A stretch of DNA of 64,000 nucleotides from Candidatus Poriferihabitaceae bacterium (GTDB lineage: Bacteria; Pseudomonadota; Gammaproteobacteria; Arenicellales; Poriferihabitantaceae), in assembly GCA_965223465.1 (NCBI GenBank), contig OZ245025.1, positions 2,509,900-2,573,899 of the forward strand, in the 5' to 3' direction. Of the stretch, positions 10,691-20,036 are shown piece after piece. A program made the translations under genes and the position numbers. A model generated the notes under the pieces. The model searched no databases. It was not told where the DNA came from and saw only the letters and a list, made by a program, of their open reading frames with translations. Every line of letters begins with the position of its first letter. The stretch's first letter is position 1.

Positions 10691-11307
10691 TGGCTAAACA
10701 TATCGGTTTATTCGGCGGCTCCTTCAATCCGGTACATCGTGGGCATTTATTGGTGGTTAAATCGGTATTTGCGAACTTACAGCTTGATGCATTACGTTTT
10801 ATTCCCGCAGCCCAATCGCCATTAAAGGCCAAGCCCCAAATTGAAGATACCCACCGTTTAGCGATGCTGGAGCTTGCGATCAAAGGTGAGCCTGGGTTGA
10901 GTATCGATGCGCGGGAACTACATCGCTCTGGCCCTTCTTATACCATTGATACCCTACGCGGTATCGCCAAGGAAACCCCAAAAGACCATCTGTATTTAAT
11001 CATTGGGATGGATGCCTGGCTGGATTTCGAGCAGTGGCGAGATTGGCAAAAGATTATTAAGCTGTGTCGTTTGATCGTCATGACACGGCCCGCTTATAAA
11101 TCGCCGACGTTATCTGCATACTGGCGATCGAGGCAGGTCGAGAAAGTTGCACAACTTCGTGATGGAAAATTCATGTTGCTACCAGTGCCCGCTTCTGATG
11201 CCTCTTCTACCGAAATACGCAGAATTTTGGCTGCTGGTCAAGACGTGAGTCATTTTCTTGATCCTGAGGTTGAACACTACATTGCTGAAAACCAGCTTTA
11301 CAAATAG
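10690..11307 (+). CDS. nadD: Nicotinate-nucleotide adenylyltransferase
   Basis: 205 aa. GLFGGSFNPVHRGHL nucleotidyltransferase (H/T)xGH motif and ...SSTEIR ISSTxxR-type motif near the C-terminus. Confidence 0.93.
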   Translation: MAKHIGLFGGSFNPVHRGHLLVVKSVFANLQLDALRFIPAAQSPLKAKPQIEDTHRLAMLELAIKGEPGLSIDARELHRSGPSYTIDTLRGIAKETPKDHLYLIIGMDAWLDFEQWRDWQKIIKLCRLIVMTRPAYKSPTLSAYWRSRQVEKVAQLRDGKFMLLPVPASDASSTEIRRILAAGQDVSHFLDPEVEHYIAENQLYK

Positions 11308-11496
11308 ACAAGGGCAAAGCATAGGTCAATAGCGCGTTGAGCTTTAGTATTACTTAGACTAAAGATGTGTTAACCCATATTCCCAATTGACGCATTAATA
11401 GTTATGGTGACGTTTAGTAGTAATTATATTTGGTTATGTTATTTATTTGTGCTGTCGAGCTTCAAACAACTGCTAATGACGAATTGTTTAACGTCG

Positions 11497-12693
11497 TTAT
11501 GATGAAACAAAGTCGCTAATTTCCTTAAACAAAACCTTCCAGGCTGGTTCCTCTTCCAATATCACATGATTACGGCTTTCCAGCATAACAAAGCTTGCGT
11601 CTTTTATACCTCCGGCTAGTTTTTTACCTTGCTCAAACGGCTGTATTCCATCATTTTTAGCATGGAAAACTAATGTTGGTGCTTTAATGCTCCTTAGTAG
11701 ATTAGACACATCAAATAGATCTACTGACTCTCGAATTCTAGCTGCATTTTCAGGTGATGTTGATACACGTTGTAATTCGGTAAGGGAGTCTAATTGTTGT
11801 TTTGTTCCATCTGGAATGAACATAGACGCAAAGGCTTGAATAAAATTACTGTTGGGCTTGCCCCATCCATGGCGGATAAGTGTTAATAGCGCTTCGGCTT
11901 TTTCTAATTCTTCATTTTTGGCTCTTAGGAAACGACCGCGCACATAACCACCATGCAAAATCAGATGACTGACTCGCTCGGGATGTTTAACTGCATAGGC
12001 AACTGCGATGGGAACCCCCTGCGAAGTACCATAAAGTGCAAATTTTTCCTTTTCAATCGTTTCGGCAATGGCCTCTAAATCTTCAACAAATGACTCTAGT
12101 GTAAGGTCACTTACGTCCCAATCGGATAGACCATTTCCACGTTGATCATAGCGTGTGACCGAATAATGCTTGCCTAACTCATTAAGAAAAGGGCGCCATA
12201 CGGGACTCTGCCAATCATACTCAAGATGAGTCAACCAATGCCCGGCTCGAACTAGTGGATAGCCCGACCCAGTGGTCGCAAAGGCAATTTGAGTCCCATC
12301 TGCCGATGTGCAGAATTTCACTTTCTGGGCTTGTCCATATTCTGAAAAAGGTTTTTCCTCCGCCCCATAAGAAATACTCTCATAGTTGGATTTAATTTTA
12401 GCAAGAAACCTAAACCCTTTGCGGGGTACAGTTTTGATTAGTTTTTGTTGTTTACCATTGTCCCCAATGATTTTCCTTAAAGCACTAATACGGGCACTGA
12501 TGGCCGAATCAGAAACAATGCGCCCATCCCAGACAGAATCAATCAACCTATCATGCGTAATCAATTCACCTGGATTTTCTACGAATAATTTCAATAAATC
12601 GTAGACCTGAGGCTCTACTTCAACTGCCTTACCATCGATATAGAGCTCATGACTGTCCACTCTCAAATCGATATTTTCAAATATATACTGCAT
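11497..12693 (-). CDS. One-component regulator: N-terminal OmpR/CadC-type winged-helix DNA-binding domain fused to an alpha/beta-hydrolase domain
   Basis: 398 aa. Residues 1-100 look like trans_reg_C (EPQVYDLLKLFVENPGELITHDRLIDSVW...VPRKGFRF) with no receiver domain. The rest is an alpha/beta hydrolase with nucleophile elbow GTSQG and a late H (SRNHVILEE). The gene is visibly more AT-rich than its flanks. Confidence 0.8.
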   Translation of the reverse strand: MQYIFENIDLRVDSHELYIDGKAVEVEPQVYDLLKLFVENPGELITHDRLIDSVWDGRIVSDSAISARISALRKIIGDNGKQQKLIKTVPRKGFRFLAKIKSNYESISYGAEEKPFSEYGQAQKVKFCTSADGTQIAFATTGSGYPLVRAGHWLTHLEYDWQSPVWRPFLNELGKHYSVTRYDQRGNGLSDWDVSDLTLESFVEDLEAIAETIEKEKFALYGTSQGVPIAVAYAVKHPERVSHLILHGGYVRGRFLRAKNEELEKAEALLTLIRHGWGKPNSNFIQAFASMFIPDGTKQQLDSLTELQRVSTSPENAARIRESVDLFDVSNLLRSIKAPTLVFHAKNDGIQPFEQGKKLAGGIKDASFVMLESRNHVILEEEPAWKVLFKEISDFVSS

Positions 12694-12859
12694 CGCGTAA
12701 TTTTGAAGGATTTCCCACCGGATGGCGAGCTGATTTCGATGCCTGATTAGAAATACAAGAAAACCACAAGATATTCACAAGGTCTAACTCAAGCCTTTAT
12801 TCCATCTTTAGATCACACTTTGACGATAAAAGTAACTAGAAAACTTAGGAATAAATGGT

Positions 12860-13072
12860 ATGAAAGATTTTAACGAAATTAATATGCTACGAAGGCCTGA
12901 CGGTTCGATCAATACAGAATTTTATGTGAGAAGAAGTCATCTAATACAAAGTATTGCAGCACATAATCTACTCAAAGCACTAGCGTGCACTATTTCGAGG
13001 TGGATTCATTTGCTATCGCTTCATTTAAAGCGATATACACAAAATATTGGATGCGGGTCAGGACGTGAGTGA
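12860..13072 (+). CDS. Hypothetical small ORF divergent from the wHTH-hydrolase regulator
   Basis: 70-aa ORF with a weak SD (aggaa) upstream. It reads into the nadD-remnant in a different frame. No family recognised and it could be spurious. Confidence 0.25.
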   Translation: MKDFNEINMLRRPDGSINTEFYVRRSHLIQSIAAHNLLKALACTISRWIHLLSLHLKRYTQNIGCGSGRE

Positions 13073-13139
13073 TATTTTCGATCCTAAATTTGAACACGAT
13101 AATCCGGAAAACATGTGTTATCAGTACAAGAATGAGTAA
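13029..13139 (+). pseudogene. Orphan, diverged copy of the nadD 3' end (last 36 codons plus stop)
   Basis: An ungapped alignment at a constant 1820-bp offset to nadD 11211-11300 gives about 74% nt identity by hand count. In-frame translation SDIHKILDAGQDVSDIFDPKFEHDNPENMCYQYKNE* compares with NadD TEIRRILAAGQDVSHFLDPEVEHYIAENQLYK*. There is no upstream coding continuation. Confidence 0.75.
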
Positions 13140-13562
13140 AGTCGATTCCCAGCTATAAAGATAAGTGAGGCGTATTAAGAAATGCGAGGAGGTTATCGGT
13201 TAATATCAAGCTTCTGTAGGGGAGTTCTCGTTGGCATACTTAATGATGCGAATACACCATCAAGGCTGTTCAACTACGTTTGAGATTTGTTAGGAATCAG
13301 GGCTTGGCTACTGCCCTTCTTGAGCAAACGTACGAAAAAATTATGATTTCAATTGAGTAAGCTAAATAAAAGAACATTTAAAAGTAAAAGTTACTGCTCT
13401 GTTCACCGCCTTGCCATTAAGAAGCTTCATAAGGAGTAGGTTGGATGGTAAGAGCGCGCTTAGCCCAACAACCGAGAATATGATAGCAAGAACTGATAGA
13501 AATATTTTCATTTAATCTATTCAACAAGTAATTTTGCACAAAACGCCGGCTAATATGTTGTT

Positions 13563-13787
13563 TTAATAATGCGGTGGTCGTTCATCTTCAGGTGATGATG
13601 GCTGTGTTTGGATATCCTCAGCCATTGCCTTAAACCTATCTTGCAAATGCGTGATCTGAACTCTGGTCAGATCAAGCTGTTTGGCCTGTTCATATACCAC
13701 CTGATTTAGCTCATCAAGGGTGAGCTCTAAATGCGCGAGTTTTGATTCCAGATTTTCAAAGCGTTGATTCATGGTATAAGCGATCAT
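13563..13787 (-). CDS. slyX: SlyX family protein
   Basis: 74 aa. Coiled-coil RFENLESKLAHLELTLDELNQVV... ending ...ERPPHY, like E. coli SlyX (...PPPHY). Confidence 0.85.
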   Translation of the reverse strand: MIAYTMNQRFENLESKLAHLELTLDELNQVVYEQAKQLDLTRVQITHLQDRFKAMAEDIQTQPSSPEDERPPHY

Positions 13788-13865
13788 AAATAACCAGCCT
13801 AAGAATCTAGCAGCTTTCGCGCTGGCTTGTTAGACTTGAATCTTAATTTATCCAACGACACAATC

Positions 13866-14258
13866 ATGGCTGAGAAAAAAATCATCAGTACCCCTAGTGC
13901 GCCTGGCGCAATTGGGGCTTATTCGCAAGCAGTTCGAACCGGCAATACGGTATATATTTCCGGGCAAATTCCACTGGATCCAACGTCCATGCAATTGGTC
14001 GACGGTGGCTTTGAAGCGCAGGCCAGGCAGGTGTTTGAAAACCTCAAGGCAGTGGCAAATGCGGCAGGGGGCGACTTATCTGATGTCGTCAGAGCCACCA
14101 TCTATATGCTGGATTTGGCCAATTTCGCTCAGGTGAACGAAATCATGAGCGAGTATTTTGCGGAGCCCTATCCTGCCCGAGCCGCGGTTGGCGTGGCGCA
14201 ATTACCCAAAGACGCCACCATTGAAATGGATGCCATTTTGGTTCTGGGCGATGGCTAG
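13866..14258 (+). CDS. ridA: RidA/YjgF family reactive enamine/imine deaminase
   Basis: [36 protein letters not shown]...[21 protein letters not shown] is a typical RidA. I start it at ATG 13866; the ORF is open from 13827. Confidence 0.9.
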   Translation: MAEKKIISTPSAPGAIGAYSQAVRTGNTVYISGQIPLDPTSMQLVDGGFEAQARQVFENLKAVANAAGGDLSDVVRATIYMLDLANFAQVNEIMSEYFAEPYPARAAVGVAQLPKDATIEMDAILVLGDG

Positions 14259-14338
14259 GCCATGCGGTTGATTCAGTAGTTTGGCATATCCGTACCATAA
14301 ATAAGCCGATTTCAGCGCTGGGTAAGCCCCTGACGACT

Positions 14339-16381
14339 TTGTCGGGCGTGGGCGTAGCGCTGGCTGAAAAGCTGGCGCGTCTTGGGCTGGACACCACGTT
14401 TGACCTTTTATTTCATTTACCGTACAAGTTTGAAGATCGCACACGGCTCACCCCAATCCATCAGCTTGGCCATGGTCAGCAAGCGCTTGTTTTGGGGGCG
14501 ATAGAATCCTGCCAGGTACAATTTGGTAGGCGTCGTAGCTTGCTGGTGGGTATAAATGATGCGGGTGCGCGTCTTGACATGCGGTTGTTCTATTTCAATG
14601 CCGGACAACAACGTGCGCTGGAACATGGACAATGGATAAGTTGCTATGGTGAGGCCCGTCAGGGCGTGCGTTGCCTGGAAATGATTCATCCGGAATATCA
14701 AGTCCACGCAATTGAGCCTGAAGATGTAACCAGCGATAGTTTAACGCCAGTCTACCCACTTACGGAAGGCATCACGCATACGCGCATGCGTAAGTTGATA
14801 CTGGCGGTATTGAAAGCTGAACTCAGCCAGGTTGAGGAATTATTACCCGACTCGATATTGGGCGAGCAAAGATTTATGCCCCTGGCCGACGCTTTACGTA
14901 CCCTACATACTCCGCAGCCAGACGATGATTTGGCTGCGCTGGCGGAACGTCGACATCCTGCGCAGCAACGACTGGCGCTAGAAGAATTGCTTGCGCATCA
15001 TCTGGCGCTACGCAAACTCAAACAAAAACGTATCGCACAAAATGCCCCGTTGATTCAGACCAATGGTAAGTCTTGGCCGGCGCTGCAAAAATCTCTAGGA
15101 TTTGCGCTGACCAATGCACAATTGCGCGCGATTGCTGAAATTGAACAGGATTTTACCGAAGCACGCCCTACCTTGCGTATGATCCAGGGGGATGTGGGAT
15201 GTGGAAAGACCATCGTTGCGGCCGCGGCTGCGCTGCATGTGGTGGATGCAGATTATCAGGTCGCAATAATGGCACCTACCGAACTATTAGCAGAGCAGCA
15301 TCGACAAAATTTTAACGCCTGGTGCGCGCCGCTGGGTATTGAAACCACGTGGCTCACCAGTCGTTTGCCTGCCGCAGAAAGAAAGACTGCGCTTTCGGCG
15401 ATAGAATCAGGCGCAGCAAAAATTGTCATCGGTACCCATGCGCTATTTCAGGAGAGCGTGACGTTTGCCAAACTAGGCTTAATTATCGTAGATGAACAAC
15501 ACCGCTTTGGGGTTGATCAACGCCTGGCGCTTAAAAACAAAGCGCAGATTGGGCAGCAAACTGCGCATCAAATTATCATGAGCGCGACCCCGATTCCGCG
15601 TTCGCTTTCGATGGTGTATTACGCAGATTTGGATGTCTCTAATATCGATGAGCTGCCACCTGGACGTAAACCTGTTATGACCGTGGTGCTACCCAACTCG
15701 CGGCGGGATGAGGTGCAAGAGCGCATTCGTGCAGCCTGTGCGCAGGGTCGGCAGGTGTACTGGGTGTGCCCCTTGATCGAAGAATCGGATGCGCTACAAG
15801 CAGAGGCCGCTACCGATGTTGCCAACAAGCTTTCTGGTGCCCTGAACGAACTCAAGGTCGAGTTGATTCACGGTAGAATGAAAGCCGTAGAAAAAGACCG
15901 ATTAATGCGCGCCTTTCGGGTGGGCGAAATTGATCTTTTGGTGGCGACAACCGTAATTGAGGTGGGCGTGGATGTACCCAATGCCAGTTTAATGATCATA
16001 GAAAATGCCGAGCGTTTAGGTCTAGCACAACTACATCAGTTACGTGGTCGGGTCGGCAGAGGGGATGCGCAGGCCGCTTGTGTGCTGATGTATCAGGCAC
16101 CCTTGGGTAAAGCAAGCCGCAGGCGTCTGGATATTATGCGCCAGACCAATGATGGGTTTGAAATCGCCAGACACGATCTAGAGTTTCGTGGCCCCGGAGA
16201 GCTGATGGGGACGCGTCAAACGGGTGAGCATCAGCTCAAAGTGGCAAATATCGTGCGTGATCAAGCTTTACTGCCGTTGGTTGAGCAGGCTGCACATGAG
16301 TTACGCCAGCATGAACCGCAGCAAATAGAAAAGATCATTGATCGCTGGGTTAAGCGTAAAGCACAATACGCAGAAGTGTGA
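14339..16381 (+). CDS. recG: ATP-dependent DNA helicase RecG
   Basis: 680 aa. Wedge domain plus SF2 helicase motifs (GDVGCGKT, DEQHRFG, QLRGRVGRG). The only canonical in-frame start is TTG 14339. The in-frame upstream codons (…KPLTTL) still resemble the conserved RecG N-terminus, so the start is uncertain. Confidence 0.92.
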   Translation: MSGVGVALAEKLARLGLDTTFDLLFHLPYKFEDRTRLTPIHQLGHGQQALVLGAIESCQVQFGRRRSLLVGINDAGARLDMRLFYFNAGQQRALEHGQWISCYGEARQGVRCLEMIHPEYQVHAIEPEDVTSDSLTPVYPLTEGITHTRMRKLILAVLKAELSQVEELLPDSILGEQRFMPLADALRTLHTPQPDDDLAALAERRHPAQQRLALEELLAHHLALRKLKQKRIAQNAPLIQTNGKSWPALQKSLGFALTNAQLRAIAEIEQDFTEARPTLRMIQGDVGCGKTIVAAAAALHVVDADYQVAIMAPTELLAEQHRQNFNAWCAPLGIETTWLTSRLPAAERKTALSAIESGAAKIVIGTHALFQESVTFAKLGLIIVDEQHRFGVDQRLALKNKAQIGQQTAHQIIMSATPIPRSLSMVYYADLDVSNIDELPPGRKPVMTVVLPNSRRDEVQERIRAACAQGRQVYWVCPLIEESDALQAEAATDVANKLSGALNELKVELIHGRMKAVEKDRLMRAFRVGEIDLLVATTVIEVGVDVPNASLMIIENAERLGLAQLHQLRGRVGRGDAQAACVLMYQAPLGKASRRRLDIMRQTNDGFEIARHDLEFRGPGELMGTRQTGEHQLKVANIVRDQALLPLVEQAAHELRQHEPQQIEKIIDRWVKRKAQYAEV

Positions 16382-16406
16382 TCCGATAATACGCCTTTAA
16401 CACGAG

Positions 16407-18224
16407 CTAGGCATGCTCTAGATCACGGTTAAAATCCCCTTTACGTTTTTTATGTTGTTTTTTGGCAACGGAAACACGCAGCGGGCATTTTTTGGTGTTT
16501 TTACAGTTTTCGCAGCGCATATCCGTCCAGGCATACGCTAGTGCATACGTTATGCGCGAGAAAAAATGATCGTCGCCGATCTTGTGGATCGAGTCAGTTT
16601 TATGCATGCTGAGCATAAACGGGCGCTTCATTCTGGCAATCAGCACGGTCACACCGGCGTTTTTAAAGCGTTCGCACAATTGGGTCAGCACCATCTCCCC
16701 GGTGGCGTCCAGCATGTTAATACCTTCGGCATCCAGTACGATAAATTTGACATCGGGATGATCTGCAAATACGCCCAGTAATTTGGTTTCAAAATAACCC
16801 GCATTGGCGTAGTACAACGACATATCAAAGCGTACCACAACGATATTCTTGCAAGTATTTAGTTCTGAGTGGATTTTAAGATCACGAAAAGTGGCATCAT
16901 GGTAACGACTGAGTTCAGCAAAGCGTGGCCGCATCGTACGATATATAAACAAAGCCATTGATAGGAATACGCCGACCAATATGCCCTTATCCAGATGTGG
17001 TGCCATGATAAGGGTTAATATGAATGTTATCACTGCGACGATACCATCGTGTTTTTCCGCTTTCCAGGCGTGTACAATTGGCTCAATTTTCACTAATCCA
17101 ACAACCGCCATAATGATCACAGCGGCCAACGTCGCTTGGGGTAGGTGGTAGAGAAGTGGGGTTAAAAACAGCAAGGTGATACCGACCAGGATTCCCGTCA
17201 CAATGGATGAAAACCCGGTACGTGCGCCCGCGTCGATATTGACCGCTGAACGGGAAAAGGAGCCCGATACCGGGTAGCCGTTGAATAAGCCTGATACCAC
17301 GTTGGATAGGCCTTGGCCGACTAATTCCTGGTTGGCATCTAGACGTTGTCGAGTGCGGGCAGCCATCGCTTTAGCAATCGAGATGGCTTCCATAAAGCCA
17401 ATTAGGGCAATGACAATCGCAGCAGTGAACAATTGAATCACAATATCCAAGTTAAAGTCGGGAATGGAAAAAGCAGGCAGACCTTTAGGTACTTCACCCA
17501 CCACTGCACCTCCTTCCTCAGCATAACCGGTGAATTTTGAAATCAAAATAGTTGCTGCAACTGCGATTAAAACGCTCGGCAAGGCTGGTTTCCATTTTTT
17601 TAACCCATACATCAAACCAATGGCAAAAATGGAAAAAGCCAGGGTGGGCCAATGGGTATTTTCGATGGCGGCTTGAATAAGGTGGTAAACGGTTTCGTAA
17701 TGATGCTCGGATTTTTCTACACTGACGCCAAATAATTTCCCCAGCTGTGAAGTGGCGATGATAATCGCACCTGCATTGGTAAAGCCGACCACAACTGGAT
17801 GTGATAGAAAATCTACCAGTACGCCCATACGCAACAAACCGAGCGACATTTGAAACAAACCAACCAGAATTGCGAGTACCGTTGCATAGGCGAAAAATGC
17901 CTCAGGGCCACCTGTTCGCGCGAGGGGTTCGAGTGCGGCTGCTGTCATTAAAGAGACCACTGCAACCGGCCCAGTGGCCAGCTGTCTGGAGGAGCCAAAA
18001 ATGGCTGCCACCATGGGTGGTAAAAATGAGGCGTATAAACCGTAATAAGCGGGCAAGCCTGCTAGCTGTGCGTAAGCCATCGATTGGGGCACTAGAACCA
18101 GTGCGACGGTTAATCCGGCGAGAATATCAACTTTTAGGGTTTCCTTATCCCGCAGCTCGCGAATCTGATAAATGGTCGGAAACAGCATGCTACGAAAGCG
18201 CTTAAAAAATTCAGTCGGTGTCAT
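16407..18224 (-). CDS. SulP family inorganic anion transporter with C-terminal STAS domain
   Basis: 605 aa. SulP signature regions (AYAQLAGLPAYYGLY, multi-TM core), a STAS domain, and a Cys/Lys-rich tail (CENCKNTKKCP...KKQHKKRK). Confidence 0.88.
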   Translation of the reverse strand: MTPTEFFKRFRSMLFPTIYQIRELRDKETLKVDILAGLTVALVLVPQSMAYAQLAGLPAYYGLYASFLPPMVAAIFGSSRQLATGPVAVVSLMTAAALEPLARTGGPEAFFAYATVLAILVGLFQMSLGLLRMGVLVDFLSHPVVVGFTNAGAIIIATSQLGKLFGVSVEKSEHHYETVYHLIQAAIENTHWPTLAFSIFAIGLMYGLKKWKPALPSVLIAVAATILISKFTGYAEEGGAVVGEVPKGLPAFSIPDFNLDIVIQLFTAAIVIALIGFMEAISIAKAMAARTRQRLDANQELVGQGLSNVVSGLFNGYPVSGSFSRSAVNIDAGARTGFSSIVTGILVGITLLFLTPLLYHLPQATLAAVIIMAVVGLVKIEPIVHAWKAEKHDGIVAVITFILTLIMAPHLDKGILVGVFLSMALFIYRTMRPRFAELSRYHDATFRDLKIHSELNTCKNIVVVRFDMSLYYANAGYFETKLLGVFADHPDVKFIVLDAEGINMLDATGEMVLTQLCERFKNAGVTVLIARMKRPFMLSMHKTDSIHKIGDDHFFSRITYALAYAWTDMRCENCKNTKKCPLRVSVAKKQHKKRKGDFNRDLEHA

Positions 18225-18531
18225 TATTATTTTTTAAGGATGCTGAAACCGATCAGTGCAATGTTGCTGCAAACAGTAACAAAGCGACACAAAGTGATGC
18301 TTATCCATTACATATCGCCCGCCCAATCGCGCATTTTGATTATTCATACTTTGGGTTGTTCCCTACATGGAGTTTGGTTCGCGTTTGGCGGTAAAGTTTC
18401 CCTTGAGGAAGGCAAATTCCAGAAAACCGCTACTAGCGCCCGATCGGTTCCCATGATAAATTTATCCGCTATGGTTTTTGTTAACACCCGATTTTTACCC
18501 CTAAATTTACTTCCATCCGGCCGATTATAGC

Positions 18532-20028
18532 GTGAATCCATCCTCTGCTGAAATTTCACTTGCCTCGCGTAAAGGATTTGATGATCCCCTGTATCCACGG
18601 TTTGCAAAAATCTTGCCAGAACACTGTATTGTCGCGGATGAAGACTCCATCCGACCGTATGAATGCGATGGTTTGACCGGTTACCGGCAAATGCCGCGCC
18701 TGGTGCTGTTGCCAGAAACGGTCGAGCAGGTGCAGGATATCATGCGTATATGCCAAGCAACCAAAACACCGATTGTGCCACGCGGAGCAGGAACCTGTCT
18801 CTCCGGCGGGGCAACGCCGCATCCGGAAGGGGTAGTGCTATCGGTTGCCAGGCTGAACAAAATTCTTAAGATTGATCAAGCAAATCGCACCGCAACGGTT
18901 GAGCCGGGTGTAACCAATTTAGCGATATCGCAAGCAGTGGAGCATCTTGGGTTGTACTACGCACCCGACCCTTCCTCACAAATAGCCTGCACTATTGGTG
19001 GCAACGTCGCCGAAAATGCAGGTGGTGTGCATTGCCTGAAGTATGGTCTGACGGGGCACAATGTGTTACAGGTAAAACTGGTGAGCCTGGAAGGAGAGAT
19101 ACTCAATTTTGGTAGCGAAGCACTAGAAACACCGGGCTATGATTTGCTGTCGCTAATTGTTGGCTCGGAGGGAATGCTCGGTATTGTGGTCGAAGTGGTT
19201 GTGCGCCTATTACCTAAACCCGCCCAAATTGCCGCGCTGATGGCGCAGTTCGATGACGTAGAGCAGGCGGGTAACGCGGTCGCTGCGGTGATCGCTGGCG
19301 GGATTATTCCCGCGGGCTTTGAGATGATGGATAAGGCAGCAATTTCTGCAGCGGAAGATTTCGCGCATGCGGGTTACCCTAAAGATGCGCAGGCCATTTT
19401 GCTTTGCGAGATTGATGGTGTCAGCGAAGAAATTGACCCCCAGCTTGATCGATTAGAAGATTTACTCAAACAAAATGGCGCGGTAGATATTCGGCGCGCG
19501 CGTAATGAAGCGGAAAGAGTTCGGTTTTGGTCAGGGCGGAAAAATGCTTTTCCAGCGGTCGGTCGTATCTCGCCGGATTATTATTGCATGGATGGCACGA
19601 TACCGCGAAAGGCGCTTGCACAAGTGCTGAAGAAGATCAGCGATCTATCCACCCAATACGGTTTGCGCGTTGCGAATGTGTTTCACGCGGGTGACGGGAA
19701 TTTGCATCCATTGATTTTGTATGATGCGAGTGCGCCAGGCGAGTTTGATAAAGCCGAAGCGCTGGGAGGAGAAATACTAGATGAATGCATTGCTGTCGGT
19801 GGCACCATCACCGGTGAGCACGGTGTTGGCCTGGAGAAGATTGATCGAATGTGTGTCCAGTTCACTGATGCTGAGCGAGCGCATTTTCTCTCGATCCGCC
19901 AATGCCTGGATCCAGATGGCTTATTAAACCCCGGCAAAGCGATCCCTACGCTGAACCGGTGCGCCGAGTTTGGCGCAATGCATGTTCATAATGGCGAGCT
20001 TGCGCATCCCGAGCTAGAACGGTTTTAG
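18532..20028 (+). CDS. glcD: Glycolate oxidase FAD-linked subunit GlcD
   Basis: 498 aa with GTG start. FAD-binding PCMH domain (PRGAGTCLSGGA). First gene of a glcD-glcE-glcF array. Confidence 0.88.
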   Translation: MNPSSAEISLASRKGFDDPLYPRFAKILPEHCIVADEDSIRPYECDGLTGYRQMPRLVLLPETVEQVQDIMRICQATKTPIVPRGAGTCLSGGATPHPEGVVLSVARLNKILKIDQANRTATVEPGVTNLAISQAVEHLGLYYAPDPSSQIACTIGGNVAENAGGVHCLKYGLTGHNVLQVKLVSLEGEILNFGSEALETPGYDLLSLIVGSEGMLGIVVEVVVRLLPKPAQIAALMAQFDDVEQAGNAVAAVIAGGIIPAGFEMMDKAAISAAEDFAHAGYPKDAQAILLCEIDGVSEEIDPQLDRLEDLLKQNGAVDIRRARNEAERVRFWSGRKNAFPAVGRISPDYYCMDGTIPRKALAQVLKKISDLSTQYGLRVANVFHAGDGNLHPLILYDASAPGEFDKAEALGGEILDECIAVGGTITGEHGVGLEKIDRMCVQFTDAERAHFLSIRQCLDPDGLLNPGKAIPTLNRCAEFGAMHVHNGELAHPELERF

Positions 20029-20036
20029 GACTTGGC

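Noticed and set aside
13362-13511. 49-aa minus-strand ORF with a signal-like N-terminus (MKIFLSVLAIIFSVVGLSALL...) in the AT-rich spacer
   Set aside because: There is no Shine-Dalgarno sequence, it is very short, and it lies in AT-rich DNA where such ORFs arise by chance. It is not supportable without expression data.
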